Notes: generated by a model from the sequence alone, not told the origin. Counted from the first letter of the stretch, positions 27,197 through 36,802 are shown. The stretch is DNA of 44,842 nt from an uncultured Candidatus Berkelbacteria bacterium (GCA_903877885.1 CAIRFN010000012.1:1-44842), one strand, 5' to 3'. Made by a program: numbers and translations.

Positions 27197-27582
27197 TAGA
27201 CACGTCTCACTTTCTTTGGCCGACATCCATTATGAGGCATTGGCGTAGTATCTTTAATTGAAGTAACTTTAATTCCTGAAGTTCCAATGGCGCGGACAGC
27301 AGATTCACGGCCAGAACCGACACCAGAAACTCGAACTTTGGCTTCTTTGATATTAAACGGAATCACATTATCCAAAGCTTTTTGCATGGTGATTTGGGCC
27401 GCATATGGAGTGGCGCGCTTAGCACCTTTAAAACCACATGAACCGGCAGAAGCCCAACCTAAAACATTACCGCCATCATCGCTGATGCTGATAATTGTAT
27501 TGTTGAAGCTGGAACTGACAGTGATAGCGGCTTTTGCCACATCCCGCAGGGTTTTCTTTTTTTTGATTACTTTTTTTGCCAT
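27196..27582 (-). CDS. rpsK: 30S ribosomal protein S11
   Basis: SFNNTI, TPYAAQ, PHNGCRP. Confidence 0.98.
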   Translation of the reverse strand: MAKKVIKKKKTLRDVAKAAITVSSSFNNTIISISDDGGNVLGWASAGSCGFKGAKRATPYAAQITMQKALDNVIPFNIKEAKVRVSGVGSGRESAVRAIGTSGIKVTSIKDTTPMPHNGCRPKKVRRV

Positions 27583-27633
27583 GTTATTCTCTGTTCTATT
27601 TATCTATTTTTCTGTTTGTCTATTTATCTAAGA

Positions 27634-28020
27634 CTAGGTTTTTTCTGCTGATTTCTTGCGGCCTGAACCAACAGTCACTTTTTTACCCCGTTTGGTGCGA
27701 GCATTGGTTTTTGTGCGTTGACCATGAACCGGAAGGTTTCTGGCGTGACGAACACCACGGTAAGCGCCAATTTCTTTTAAGCGTTTAATATTTTGGCTGA
27801 TTTCCATGCGGAGATCGCCTTCAATCTTATAATTTCGATCAATGACTTCACGAATGCGTTCGAGTTCAGCATCAGTTAAGTCTTTAACATCAGTACCCAA
27901 TTTGACATTGGCTTGTTCACAAATCTTTTTTGCGAGAGACAAACCAATACCATTAATATATGGTAGTGAATATTCAACATGTTTGTTGTCTGGAATTGTT
28001 ACACCGGCGATTCTTGCCAT
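27634..28020 (-). CDS. rpsM: 30S ribosomal protein S13
   Basis: [20 protein letters not shown]. Confidence 0.98.
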   Translation of the reverse strand: MARIAGVTIPDNKHVEYSLPYINGIGLSLAKKICEQANVKLGTDVKDLTDAELERIREVIDRNYKIEGDLRMEISQNIKRLKEIGAYRGVRHARNLPVHGQRTKTNARTKRGKKVTVGSGRKKSAEKT

Positions 28021-28030
28021 AATTACTCCT

Positions 28031-28144
28031 TTAACCTTGTCTTTGTTTGTGTTTAGGATTTTCGCAAATAACTAAAACTTTCCGTTTGCGGCGGATTACT
28101 TTACATTTTTGACAGATTTTTTTAACTGATGGTCTTACTTTCAT
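28031..28144 (-). CDS. rpmJ: 50S ribosomal protein L36 (absent from ORF track)
   Basis: Hand translation [37 protein letters not shown]. Confidence 0.97.
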   Translation of the reverse strand: MKVRPSVKKICQKCKVIRRKRKVLVICENPKHKQRQG

Positions 28145-28166
28145 ATCGGTTACTCCTATTACAAAT

Positions 28167-28379
28167 TTACAAACGTCTTGTGATACGGCCTTTGGTCAAA
28201 TCATATGGCGACATTTCCAATTGAACCCTGTCACCAGCCAGAATTTTGATGTAGTGCAAGCGAATTTTACCGGAAATATGGGCCAAAACTTGTTGACCAT
28301 TGGTTAAATCCACACGAAAAGTCGCATTAGGCAATGCTTCAGAGACGACTCCTTCTAATATGATTTTTCCGTTGTCCAA
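28167..28379 (-). CDS. infA: Translation initiation factor IF-1 (TTG start)
   Basis: [28 protein letters not shown]. Confidence 0.97.
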   Translation of the reverse strand: MDNGKIILEGVVSEALPNATFRVDLTNGQQVLAHISGKIRLHYIKILAGDRVQLEMSPYDLTKGRITRRL

Positions 28380-28485
28380 TTGCTTACCTCAACTAATCTC
28401 GTATCTTTGTATTCTCAAAGCGAAATTATAAATAATTTCGTCCTCATGAAAATGAGGATCTATGTAAATATATCTTACCACAAAC

Positions 28486-29172
28486 TTATTTGTCCGTCAA
28501 GAGTTTCCGAATATCTTTTGGCTCAATTTCAATATATTTGCTCTCTTTTATGTTTCCAAGTGTAATTTGACCGATTCGAACCCGTTGTAATTTGGTTACA
28601 TTCATGCGAAAAGCTTCGCACATGCGGCGAATTTGGCGGTTTCGGCCTTCAATAATAGTGATTTTAAAGCTTCGGTCAGATAGTTTTTGAACCTTGGCCG
28701 GTAGTACTGGAAAACCGTCGATTACGACCGTGCCATTGGAAAGTCCGGCAATGACTGCTTCGTCAAGGTTTTTATCAACCCAAACCAGATATTCCTTCTC
28801 AATTGTCTTGGCTTTCATCACTTCTTGAGCGAGTTCCCCATCATTGGTTAACAAAATCAAACCTTGAGAGTTCACATCCAAGCGGCCGATCGGGAAAATT
28901 CGGGTCGGATATTTAATATGATCGATAATATTGTTTGGTGAGTTGGGATCTGTGGTACAAATGACGCCAACTGGTTTGTGAAAAGCTAAATAAACCAGTT
29001 TTGTTACCGGTTTAATCAGTTTTCCATCAACAAAAACTTGGTCAGTTGGACCAACTTTATGAATGGGGATGGCAATTTTGTCATTAATTTTAACTTGCCC
29101 AGCTTTGATTAGTAGGTCAGCACCGCGCCGAGAAGCAATTCCGGCTTGAGCAATGTATTTATTGATATTCAT
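28486..29172 (-). CDS. rRNA pseudouridine synthase, RsuA/RluB/RluF family
   Basis: S4 domain SRRGAD, GRLD catalytic motif, EGRNRQIRRM. Confidence 0.95.
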   Translation of the reverse strand: MNINKYIAQAGIASRRGADLLIKAGQVKINDKIAIPIHKVGPTDQVFVDGKLIKPVTKLVYLAFHKPVGVICTTDPNSPNNIIDHIKYPTRIFPIGRLDVNSQGLILLTNDGELAQEVMKAKTIEKEYLVWVDKNLDEAVIAGLSNGTVVIDGFPVLPAKVQKLSDRSFKITIIEGRNRQIRRMCEAFRMNVTKLQRVRIGQITLGNIKESKYIEIEPKDIRKLLTDK

Positions 29173-29217
29173 AACTTATGATCTTTGATCTTTATAAAGA
29201 GTATACCATATATTGGC

Positions 29218-29246
29218 TTGACAATCAAGCCTTTTTGTGGTAAAAT
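29218..29246 (+). promoter_or_regulatory. Near-consensus sigma70 promoter of a small gene
   Basis: TTGACA-N17-TAAAAT with TGn extension. Confidence 0.75.
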
Positions 29247-29276
29247 TGACACATCGATTTAGTCAAAGGAGGGGTC

Positions 29277-29363
29277 ATGGAAGCATTTTTGCAAAAGTAC
29301 TTGTTCCACCTTGGAGCTGGTGCTTTCGCACTTGGAATTGCCATTTGCGAACTTTGCAAATAG
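29277..29363 (+). CDS. 28-aa small hydrophobic protein (absent from ORF track)
   Basis: MEAFLQKYLFHLGAGAFALGIAICELCK; AAGGAGG RBS, own promoter and terminator. Confidence 0.65.
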   Translation: MEAFLQKYLFHLGAGAFALGIAICELCK

Positions 29364-29375
29364 TAATCGCCCATC

Positions 29376-30011
29376 TTAGCCGCCGGTACCACCGGCGGTT
29401 TTTTCATTATAATTTTCTAAGTGTTTAGCACAATTAATTAATTTCGCCTGATGATTATTATCTTTTGAAAGTTCAAAAATCGTCACTGATGTATTTTTAA
29501 AATCATAAAGCGATTCTTCGGAAAACGGCATGTTGGTTATATAACTCATGAAAGAGTTTTTCCAGCCACCATGAGTCACCACTAAAATTGTTTCATTTGC
29601 TTGATGTGAACTAAGTAGATAATTAATGAATTTTTCAACCCGAATTTTAACATCAATAAAACTTTCGCCACCAACTGGCCTAAAATCAAATTTACCCAAA
29701 CCACTTTTTGTTCTAGCCTTATTATGTTCAGTTTGTGGGAGACCTTCAAAAATACCTTTAGCGCGTTCACGAAGAAGTGGATCATAAACTACGGGTACAC
29801 CGGGATGATATTTAATAATTTCTTTGAGCGTGTCTTTTGTGCGCCCCAAATCACTACAATAAATAAAATCGAGCTTTTCGTCTTTAAAAAGTTCACCTAA
29901 TTTTATGGATTGAATAATACCATTTGGGGTTAGCGTACCATCGATATGGCCCATGGAAATATTGTTGACATTTTCAAAAGTTTCGCCGTGACGAACAACG
30001 ATTAATTTCAA
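29376..30011 (-). CDS. Histidine phosphatase family protein
   Basis: RHGET, SDLGR, GGES, VTHGG. Confidence 0.93.
   Translation of the reverse strand: MKLIVVRHGETFENVNNISMGHIDGTLTPNGIIQSIKLGELFKDEKLDFIYCSDLGRTKDTLKEIIKYHPGVPVVYDPLLRERAKGIFEGLPQTEHNKARTKSGLGKFDFRPVGGESFIDVKIRVEKFINYLLSSHQANETILVVTHGGWKNSFMSYITNMPFSEESLYDFKNTSVTIFELSKDNNHQAKLINCAKHLENYNEKTAGGTGG
29379..29404 (+). terminator. Intrinsic terminator
   Basis: GCCGCCGGT-ACC-ACCGGCGGT followed by T run. Confidence 0.75.
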
Positions 30012-30023
30012 TTAGTTCCTTTT

Positions 30024-30347
30024 TTACTTAATAAAAACCGCGGTGACCATCGCTAGACCGGCTAGAACAAAAATCACAATGAAGGTCATCCAGAGCGCAT
30101 AAACCGCTTCGGTTCGCTCACCATCAAGATACATGGTTAGGGGTTTGCCAAAAACCAATGCAAAAACCAGAGTAGTAATTAATACCATAAAGACGAGTAA
30201 AACAATACTAGTGAAAACTGGATTGGCAGTGATTAAAAGCTGACCAGCATAAGATAGAAACATCGCCACGGCCACACCACAAATACTAGCAAGAACGCCA
30301 TTAATCGCCGCGATTTTCCATAGAGTTAGATTTTTAAAATTTTGCAT
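30024..30347 (-). CDS. Membrane protein (3 TM)
   Basis: Hydrophobic 107 aa, AAGGA RBS. Confidence 0.8.
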   Translation of the reverse strand: MQNFKNLTLWKIAAINGVLASICGVAVAMFLSYAGQLLITANPVFTSIVLLVFMVLITTLVFALVFGKPLTMYLDGERTEAVYALWMTFIVIFVLAGLAMVTAVFIK

Positions 30348-30383
30348 TTTTTCCTTTCCTTATTTTTTTCTATTATATCATAC

Positions 30384-31136
30384 TTAAAGTTTAGTTAAAA
30401 TTTCATAACCGTCTTTAGTTACCACAATTGTATGCTCAAAATGGGCTGATAAGGAGTTGTCGGCAGTGACAACTGTCCAACCATCGTCAAGCATCAAAAC
30501 ATGCCAATCGCCCATGGTACTCATTGGCTCGATCGCCAAGGTCATACCTTCTTCCAAAATTAAACCTTGACCTTTGCGACCATAATTGGCAATTGCTGGA
30601 GATTCTTGAAGTTCGCGACCGACACCGTGGCCGGTTAGGTCGCGAATGACGCCCAAGCCGCCGGTTTCTAAAGTTTTTTGAATTTCCGCTTGCGCGTCGC
30701 CCAAATAAACGCCGGCTTTAATTTTACTTAAACCGTTTTCCAAGGATTGCTTGGTTATATTGATCATTTTTTGCGCTTTTTCGCTAACTTTCCCAACTCC
30801 AACAGTCACGGCAGTATCGGTATGCAAACCTTGATAAAAAACGCCGACGTCAATCCCAACCACATCGCCATCAACTAATTTCCGATTTGAGGGAATGCCG
30901 TGGACGACTTCATTATTAACCGAAATACAAGTCGCCGCCGGATAGCCTTTAAAACCTTTGAAACTGGCAGTCGCGCCATGAGAAATAATGATTTTTTCAG
31001 CCAGATCATTTAATTCTAAAGTGGTGACCCCTGGTTTAGTTGCCTTAGATAATTCTGCCAAAACTTCGCCGGCAATTTTACCGCCAGCGCGCATTATGGC
31101 AATTTCTTTTTTAGTTTTTAGACTAATTTTACTCAT
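30384..31136 (-). CDS. map: Methionine aminopeptidase type I
   Basis: VVHGIP, GHGVG, AIEPM, SAHFEHT. Confidence 0.97.
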   Translation of the reverse strand: MSKISLKTKKEIAIMRAGGKIAGEVLAELSKATKPGVTTLELNDLAEKIIISHGATASFKGFKGYPAATCISVNNEVVHGIPSNRKLVDGDVVGIDVGVFYQGLHTDTAVTVGVGKVSEKAQKMINITKQSLENGLSKIKAGVYLGDAQAEIQKTLETGGLGVIRDLTGHGVGRELQESPAIANYGRKGQGLILEEGMTLAIEPMSTMGDWHVLMLDDGWTVVTADNSLSAHFEHTIVVTKDGYEILTKL

Positions 31137-31800
31137 TGATTTTAATTTTCTCTAGAATTTCACGTTCTACTTCTTCGATTGGCGGTTCGCCATCAATTGT
31201 AACCAATTTTCCTTGTTTGGTAAAAAAATCGATTAACGGTTTGGTTTGATGTTCGTAAACATCGAGTCGTTTTTGGACCACAGCTGGTTCGTCTTCCTGA
31301 CGTTTAAACAGCGCGCCACCGCATTTACTACAATCAGTGATATGTTGTAAATCAGCATGAAAAAATATTTTGCCGCATTCGTGACAAACTTTGCGAGTTG
31401 CCATCCGGTCAACCAAACTTTTGTCAGCCACTTCAATATCTAAAACAATAAAATCTTCGCCCGCTTCGGTAAATTTTCGTTCAAGCTGAATGGCTTGATG
31501 TAAGGTTCGCGGATAGCCGTCAAAAACGACACCTTGACCAAAATCAATTTGACTAAATTTTTCTTCGACAAATTTTTCCGTAATTTCGTCCGGAACTAGT
31601 TCGCCCTGGCCATGATCCCAGACTTGTTGAAAAATCTTACCATATTCGGTGCCATTTTTGGCTTCTTGGCGCATTAAGTCACCGGTACCAAAATAATAAA
31701 CACCCAAGTGTTCAGCTAGATTTTTGGCTTGAGTACCCTTTCCTGATCCAGGAGGCCCCATTAAAATAACGTTTTTATGACCATCGGTCTTCATATGCAT
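31129..31800 (-). CDS. adk: Adenylate kinase
   Basis: GPPGSGKGTQA, DGYPRT, Zn-binding LID (CHEC...CSKC). Confidence 0.96.
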   Translation of the reverse strand: MHMKTDGHKNVILMGPPGSGKGTQAKNLAEHLGVYYFGTGDLMRQEAKNGTEYGKIFQQVWDHGQGELVPDEITEKFVEEKFSQIDFGQGVVFDGYPRTLHQAIQLERKFTEAGEDFIVLDIEVADKSLVDRMATRKVCHECGKIFFHADLQHITDCSKCGGALFKRQEDEPAVVQKRLDVYEHQTKPLIDFFTKQGKLVTIDGEPPIEEVEREILEKIKINE

Positions 31801-31861
31801 TTTTCTTTCTGTTTTACTTTACTCAAGCAGTGTATCACAAATTTTTAATTTCGTCTATTTG

Positions 31862-32323
31862 TTATTTTGCTGGCACTTTTAGGACTTGACCAACTTTAAT
31901 ATTGTTGGCCGTGGTCGCATCGAGTCCATTGGCTTCTGCCATTGTTAACCAATTAACCCCCAAACTGGCAGCAATGCTCGACATACTATCTCCCGCTTTA
32001 ACTGTATATGTTCCCGAGGTGGCCGTAGTTGATTTTGGTGTCGGCGAAGCTATTGTAGTCGCTTTTGGCGTTGGTGTCGCTTTTGGTACGACAGTCGCTT
32101 TGACCGAAATACTCGGTGATGGCGTGACCGATGGTATAACAACTGGCGCGGATAAATCAATATCCGGCGTTTCAATAACTTTAACATTAGCCGCATTTGT
32201 GGCAGCAGTTTTTAGCTGTCCCTCTAAATTTGTCGTTTTGGCATAGAAATAACCAGTCGCTACCGCTAAAGCGCCGACGATTAAGACTAAAACCGTTGTT
32301 AGAACTTTGAATCCCCTCGTCAT
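31862..32323 (-). CDS. Membrane-anchored LysM protein with Pro/Thr-rich linker
   Basis: N-terminal TM; YTVKAGDSM...N...IKVGQVLKVP. Confidence 0.92.
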   Translation of the reverse strand: MTRGFKVLTTVLVLIVGALAVATGYFYAKTTNLEGQLKTAATNAANVKVIETPDIDLSAPVVIPSVTPSPSISVKATVVPKATPTPKATTIASPTPKSTTATSGTYTVKAGDSMSSIAASLGVNWLTMAEANGLDATTANNIKVGQVLKVPAK

Positions 32324-32357
32324 GTCTCCTCCTTTAGATTTATCTTTAGATTTTATA

Positions 32358-33314
32358 TTAAGGTAACCAAGAAATTATTTTTGAACCAGTTGAAATTTTT
32401 TGTTTATTGGCGCCATTAGAATTGATAATATAAATTGCGCCATATGGATCATCGCTAACCATATCATTGACCAAATAAGCAATTTGGTTTTTGTCGGATG
32501 AAAATGTCGGATTATAAATAATCCCACTATCTTCAGTATATAACTTTTTTGGATTCTTGCCAGTAGGGTCAAGTTGATAAAGAGAACTGGAACTAGCATC
32601 GGTAGTACCAAGACTAATCAGAAGTTTTTCATTAGAAAAATTAAGATCGTAAAGATTTTCATTAATACCAACTGAATAAAGATCAGTTTGGTCACCGGTA
32701 GCAATATCGATTTGAGCTAGTGTCGTTTTGTCGTCAATTTGCGCTTTAATAAAAACAAGTTTTTTGTCGTCGAGCCAAACTGGTGAAGATAAAATTTTAT
32801 TAGACCGAAAAATTGTTTTGGTATTTTGGCCTGTCTTGTCAGAAATATTTAAACTATAGCCATAATCTTTTTCCGCATTGGAAAAACTAATTGAAGCAAT
32901 CTTTTCACCACTAGGACTTAAACTTAAATCTTGAGCATTAAAATTTTGGTTCAAAATTTGATTCTTGCCAGTTCCATCAAGAGCGATTAGAGCGAGTTCG
33001 CCTGTACCTTCAATCACCGGAATATTTTTAGTTTGAACATTAGTTGAACCGACTTTAAGAATCTTGGCTGATTCAGTTTTATCGGTAAAAATAATTTTAT
33101 TTTGACCATTGTTCGAAAAAGAAATAATTTGATTAGCTAGATTAGTTTTGGTCGCAATAATAAGTTGACCAGAATTAATTTTTACATTAGCCACTTTTTG
33201 TTCTGTAATAGTTGTATTTGATGATTTTACAGCGTTATTTTGACTCAAAAACCAGGCCGCCCCGCCTATAATTATAAAAGCTAAAATTAAAGGAAAAATG
33301 TTTGTTTTTTTCAT
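32358..33314 (-). CDS. Exported TolB-like beta-propeller protein
   Basis: N-terminal TM; SPSGEKIA and FSSDKNQIAY repeats. Confidence 0.75.
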   Translation of the reverse strand: MKKTNIFPLILAFIIIGGAAWFLSQNNAVKSSNTTITEQKVANVKINSGQLIIATKTNLANQIISFSNNGQNKIIFTDKTESAKILKVGSTNVQTKNIPVIEGTGELALIALDGTGKNQILNQNFNAQDLSLSPSGEKIASISFSNAEKDYGYSLNISDKTGQNTKTIFRSNKILSSPVWLDDKKLVFIKAQIDDKTTLAQIDIATGDQTDLYSVGINENLYDLNFSNEKLLISLGTTDASSSSLYQLDPTGKNPKKLYTEDSGIIYNPTFSSDKNQIAYLVNDMVSDDPYGAIYIINSNGANKQKISTGSKIISWLP

Positions 33315-33326
33315 TTAGTATTGATA

Positions 33327-33355
33327 GATTGCCACGCCTGCTGGCTCGCAATGAC
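33327..33355. repeat. REP-like family A copy downstream of secY
   Basis: GATTGCCACGCCTGCTGGCTCGCAATGAC. Confidence 0.85.
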
Positions 33356-33365
33356 GAATATAATA

Positions 33366-34640
33366 TTAGTAATTATCGTATGAACGCATCGAAAGTTGAG
33401 CTTGGATTTGACGAATAGTTTCAATGATGACCGAAACCATAATCAAAATTCCGGTACCACCGATTGCCAAGGTTGAAACTTTAGTCATAGCCTGGACGAT
33501 GAATGGTAAAACTGCTACTAGTCCCAAGAAAATGGCGCCGGTTAAAGTAATTCGCGTGATAATTTTTGATAAGTAATTGGCGGTTTCACGCCCCGGACGA
33601 ATACCAGGCACAAAACCACCTTGTTTTTGTAAGTTTTCCGCCATCTGATCGGGCTTGAAAATCACACTGGTGTAAAAATAAGTAAATAAGATTACAAGCA
33701 CAAAATAGGCGGCGCCATAAAACCAGTTGTTAGCAAAAAGATTAGCCACAGTTCGAGCGCCATTAGCTAGCCATGGCGATTTGGCGGTTTCCAGGAATTT
33801 AGCAATCACACCCGGAAAAATCATTAAACTCATGGCAAAAATAATCGGAATGACCCCAGCAGAATTAACCCGAATCGGCAAATGTGTATCCACGCCGCCG
33901 TAGGATTTTAAACCGCGCATGCGTCTGGCATAGGAAACAGGGACCTGGCGTGTACCTTCATTGGCAATAATAATCAGAGCCACAGTGGCGACAGCGATAA
34001 TGGCAAAGAAAACCAAACTAATGATTCGGCTGACATCTACCACCGCAAGAGTATTGCGAATTTGCGACGGAATGCCGGCAATAATACCAAGGGCGATAAT
34101 CAAAGAAACACCATTGCCAATGCCGTTTTCAGAGATAAGTTCGCCGATCCACATTAGAAGAATAGTACCAGCGGTAATAGAAATTAAAATTGTCGCCCAT
34201 TGGAGTGGTTCAAGCGTGCCTAAAACCTGTTGGCTTTGCAAAACCCGAATCATGGCAAAAGCTTGAACTAAAGCCAGCGGTACGGTCACCAATCGAGTCC
34301 AGTGATTGATTTTTGCGCGACCCGATTCGCCTTCTTTATTTAGCTCATCAAGTTGAGGTACAACCATACCTAAAAGTTGAAAAATAATCGAAGCGGTAAT
34401 ATAGGGACCGACGCCCATCATAATAATGGAAAAGTTTTGCATGGCGCCGCCAGAGAACATATTGAGCATGCCAAAAATTTGGTTGCGATCAAAAAAAGCC
34501 CGCATTGCTTCAAGATTAACACCCGGCAACGGAACATGAGCTAAAATTCGAGTTACAACTAAAAGCGCTAGACAATAAAGTATTTTATTGCGCAAATCCG
34601 GCATAGTAAAAATTTGTTTCAGAGTATTTAAAAATCGCAT
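33366..34640 (-). CDS. secY: Preprotein translocase subunit SecY
   Basis: GVGPYITASII, GIGNGVSL, AGVIPIIFA, PGIRPG, GGTGILI. Confidence 0.98.
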   Translation of the reverse strand: MRFLNTLKQIFTMPDLRNKILYCLALLVVTRILAHVPLPGVNLEAMRAFFDRNQIFGMLNMFSGGAMQNFSIIMMGVGPYITASIIFQLLGMVVPQLDELNKEGESGRAKINHWTRLVTVPLALVQAFAMIRVLQSQQVLGTLEPLQWATILISITAGTILLMWIGELISENGIGNGVSLIIALGIIAGIPSQIRNTLAVVDVSRIISLVFFAIIAVATVALIIIANEGTRQVPVSYARRMRGLKSYGGVDTHLPIRVNSAGVIPIIFAMSLMIFPGVIAKFLETAKSPWLANGARTVANLFANNWFYGAAYFVLVILFTYFYTSVIFKPDQMAENLQKQGGFVPGIRPGRETANYLSKIITRITLTGAIFLGLVAVLPFIVQAMTKVSTLAIGGTGILIMVSVIIETIRQIQAQLSMRSYDNY

Positions 34641-34778
34641 CTGGCCCTTTCATTAACTTGTATTAATTGTATCATTTTTAGAATCAGAGTCAATGGAAGT
34701 ATGTGAATATTGACTTTTGATAAGTTTGGTGATAATATAATTTCAATCTTGCACATTTCAAGATAAGGAGTACTAACT

Positions 34779-35114
34779 ATGACGGAGCCGAAGTATGATT
34801 TTAAACAAACGGCAGTAGTCAACTATGTCGACCTTGATGGCATGAATCACAGATTTGTTATCACAACTATACCAGAATCGCAAATCGGTTCAATTATGGC
34901 CAAGAAAAACGCTATAAATGCTGTTGTTAATCTAGTTAGACACGGCAATCAAAAACAAGAATTACTCCCTGATCAAAGTTTAGCTGATGAAATGCTGCAT
35001 TATTTGGCCACTGACCGTTTTCAAGTCGATCTTGGCGATGAAATACCAACTCAAAAAAACGAACATTATCACCATAATCAAAAGCTTGATAAAGATACTT
35101 TAGAGCTTTTTTAA
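34779..35114 (+). CDS. Hypothetical protein
   Basis: TAAGGAG RBS; 111 aa. Confidence 0.7.
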   Translation: MTEPKYDFKQTAVVNYVDLDGMNHRFVITTIPESQIGSIMAKKNAINAVVNLVRHGNQKQELLPDQSLADEMLHYLATDRFQVDLGDEIPTQKNEHYHHNQKLDKDTLELF

Positions 35115-35121
35115 CTTCCCG

Positions 35122-35355
35122 CTATCCAACGGGATTTTTTAATACCTCAAAAACTTTTTGCTTAGAACTTAGTCCTGAAACAATTTGAATATTGGATTTG
35201 GCAGTGTCAAAATACTCGGCTAGAAGTTCAATAATCGCTAAATTGGCCCGACTATTAATCGGTAGTTCTTTAGTTTTAACCTCAAAATGCGTGTCGTCAA
35301 TTTTTATAACTTCATCGATTCGGGCATTGGCTTTGGCTTTAACAAATATTTTCAT
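35122..35355 (-). CDS. DUF167/YggU-family protein
   Basis: P...RANLAIIELLAEYF...I.IVSG.SS..K. Confidence 0.88.
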   Translation of the reverse strand: MKIFVKAKANARIDEVIKIDDTHFEVKTKELPINSRANLAIIELLAEYFDTAKSNIQIVSGLSSKQKVFEVLKNPVG

Positions 35356-35356
35356 C

Positions 35357-36061
35357 TTAAAACGGCTCTGATTCTGATTCTTCCAGGTTCATGGCTAGTT
35401 GTTTGACACTGCCTAAATGAGCCATATTTTCACCCAAATGACGATATTGGCACCACTTACAATTAGCATCTTCTTCTGGCAGTGGACCGTCTAATAAAAC
35501 GTCAACTTCACGAGCAAAATTTAAAAAGCCAGCATCATCGATCGGAATTTCCAACCATTTTGGTGGAAAAGTTAAAGTCGCGGCGCCATCTTTAAAATCG
35601 ACTTGGTCAGGATAAAAAATCAGTAAACCAATTTTAGTAATTTTAATTGGTTCACCTTGAGCCGGATTTTCCAGGGCAAATTTATAGGCGCCAAGTTGCG
35701 TTTTATATTTATCAATTTTACTCTCGTCCGGCTGACTAATTTTTAAATCCACCAAGGTGTAGGTGTCATCAGAATTTTTAACTAAAAGATCGTATTTACC
35801 TTTGATAAAAACTTTGGTTTGGGGAATCACCTTTGATTCAACCCAACCTTCTTGGTTCACAACTTGACCATCAGGCAAATTATCAGCCAAAACTTTTAGA
35901 TTTTTACCAACTAAATTACCTTGTAAACGAGTATTGATCGCACTAAAAACACCAGGCATCGGCATACTGGGTTGATAAATTCCTTCCTTAACTTTTAGGC
36001 AGTAGCAGAGTTTGCATTCTTCATAAAGATAGGCAAAATCACTAGGTGAAAGTTTATACAT
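35357..36061 (-). CDS. PD-(D/E)xK nuclease (AddB/Cas4-like)
   Basis: LSPS...C..C, GKYD...VDLK, QL..Y, C-terminal CKWC. Confidence 0.88.
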   Translation of the reverse strand: MYKLSPSDFAYLYEECKLCYCLKVKEGIYQPSMPMPGVFSAINTRLQGNLVGKNLKVLADNLPDGQVVNQEGWVESKVIPQTKVFIKGKYDLLVKNSDDTYTLVDLKISQPDESKIDKYKTQLGAYKFALENPAQGEPIKITKIGLLIFYPDQVDFKDGAATLTFPPKWLEIPIDDAGFLNFAREVDVLLDGPLPEEDANCKWCQYRHLGENMAHLGSVKQLAMNLEESESEPF

Positions 36062-36142
36062 AATTTTCCTTTAATTAAATTATTTTTTATTTTATATTCT
36101 AATTCTGCGCCAGTAATTCACATCAGTCAAGAAATTCCACCA

Positions 36143-36244
36143 CAGCCCACTTCCGAAGTGGGATATATGGTTAACATATTATTATAATACTTAATAGTTG
36201 ATATCTCAAACCTTGAAAGTCCACTTCGGAAGTGGGCTATGGTT
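36143..36244. mobile_element. 102-bp composite element: two inverted family C palindromic arms around a 33-bp promoter-bearing core
   Basis: Arms match 43378..43479; mobility inferred only from dispersed copies. Confidence 0.6.
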
Positions 36245-36293
36245 GACTTTGTTTTAGAAACCATATACTCTCAATTTAAAAGGGAGGTGTACC

Positions 36294-36560
36294 ATGTTCG
36301 TACTAGCGCTAGTCGGAATCGTTGTGATTCTGATACTTCTGAATCGCATCCTTTCGTTTGACGACTGTCCGTTTTGCAAGAGATTTGCCTTCGACAGTCT
36401 GCCGGAATTAGAACAAATTAGTTCGACAAAAAAACAAACTTTGTTTAAATTGACAAAAAAGTGCCGCTTATGTGGCCACACTGAAACGCAATATCTGGTT
36501 AGAACTTATGATGCACATGGAATGCCAATCGACAACTATACTCAAATCGAACCAGTCTAA
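36294..36560 (+). CDS. Small membrane-anchored Zn-ribbon protein
   Basis: GGAGGT RBS, N-terminal TM, CPFC...CRLC. Confidence 0.75.
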   Translation: MFVLALVGIVVILILLNRILSFDDCPFCKRFAFDSLPELEQISSTKKQTLFKLTKKCRLCGHTETQYLVRTYDAHGMPIDNYTQIEPV

Positions 36561-36567
36561 AACCAAC

Positions 36568-36593
36568 AATCGGCTATTGCTAGCCGATTTTTT
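36568..36593 (+). terminator. Intrinsic terminator
   Basis: AATCGGCTA-TTGC-TAGCCGATT then T run. Confidence 0.7.
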
Positions 36594-36637
36594 AAAACTC
36601 TAAATGACGCTATATTGATTATGATCGTCAGATCTTC

Positions 36638-36802
36638 CTATGCGCGATCGTATTTTTCCACGAATGCTTTGATGGCGTCGATATTTTCCAAAATCAGTTT
36701 GGCTTTTTTAACACCAAATTGAAAAGGAAATTGATCTTCTTCGCTGTTTTTCAACACAATCATTTTGTTACCTTTGAATTCAGATTCAGATACGATAGAC
36801 AT
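36638..36802 (-). CDS. 54-aa small protein (absent from ORF track)
   Basis: MSIVSESEFKGNKMIVLKNSEEDQFPFQFGVKKAKLILENIDAIKAFVEKYDRA; GGAGG RBS. Confidence 0.8.
   Translation of the reverse strand: MSIVSESEFKGNKMIVLKNSEEDQFPFQFGVKKAKLILENIDAIKAFVEKYDRA

Noticed and set aside
36143-36244. 33-bp cores as CRISPR spacers
   Set aside because: Flanking arms are inverted, not direct; single units only; the fixed length is explained by promoter geometry
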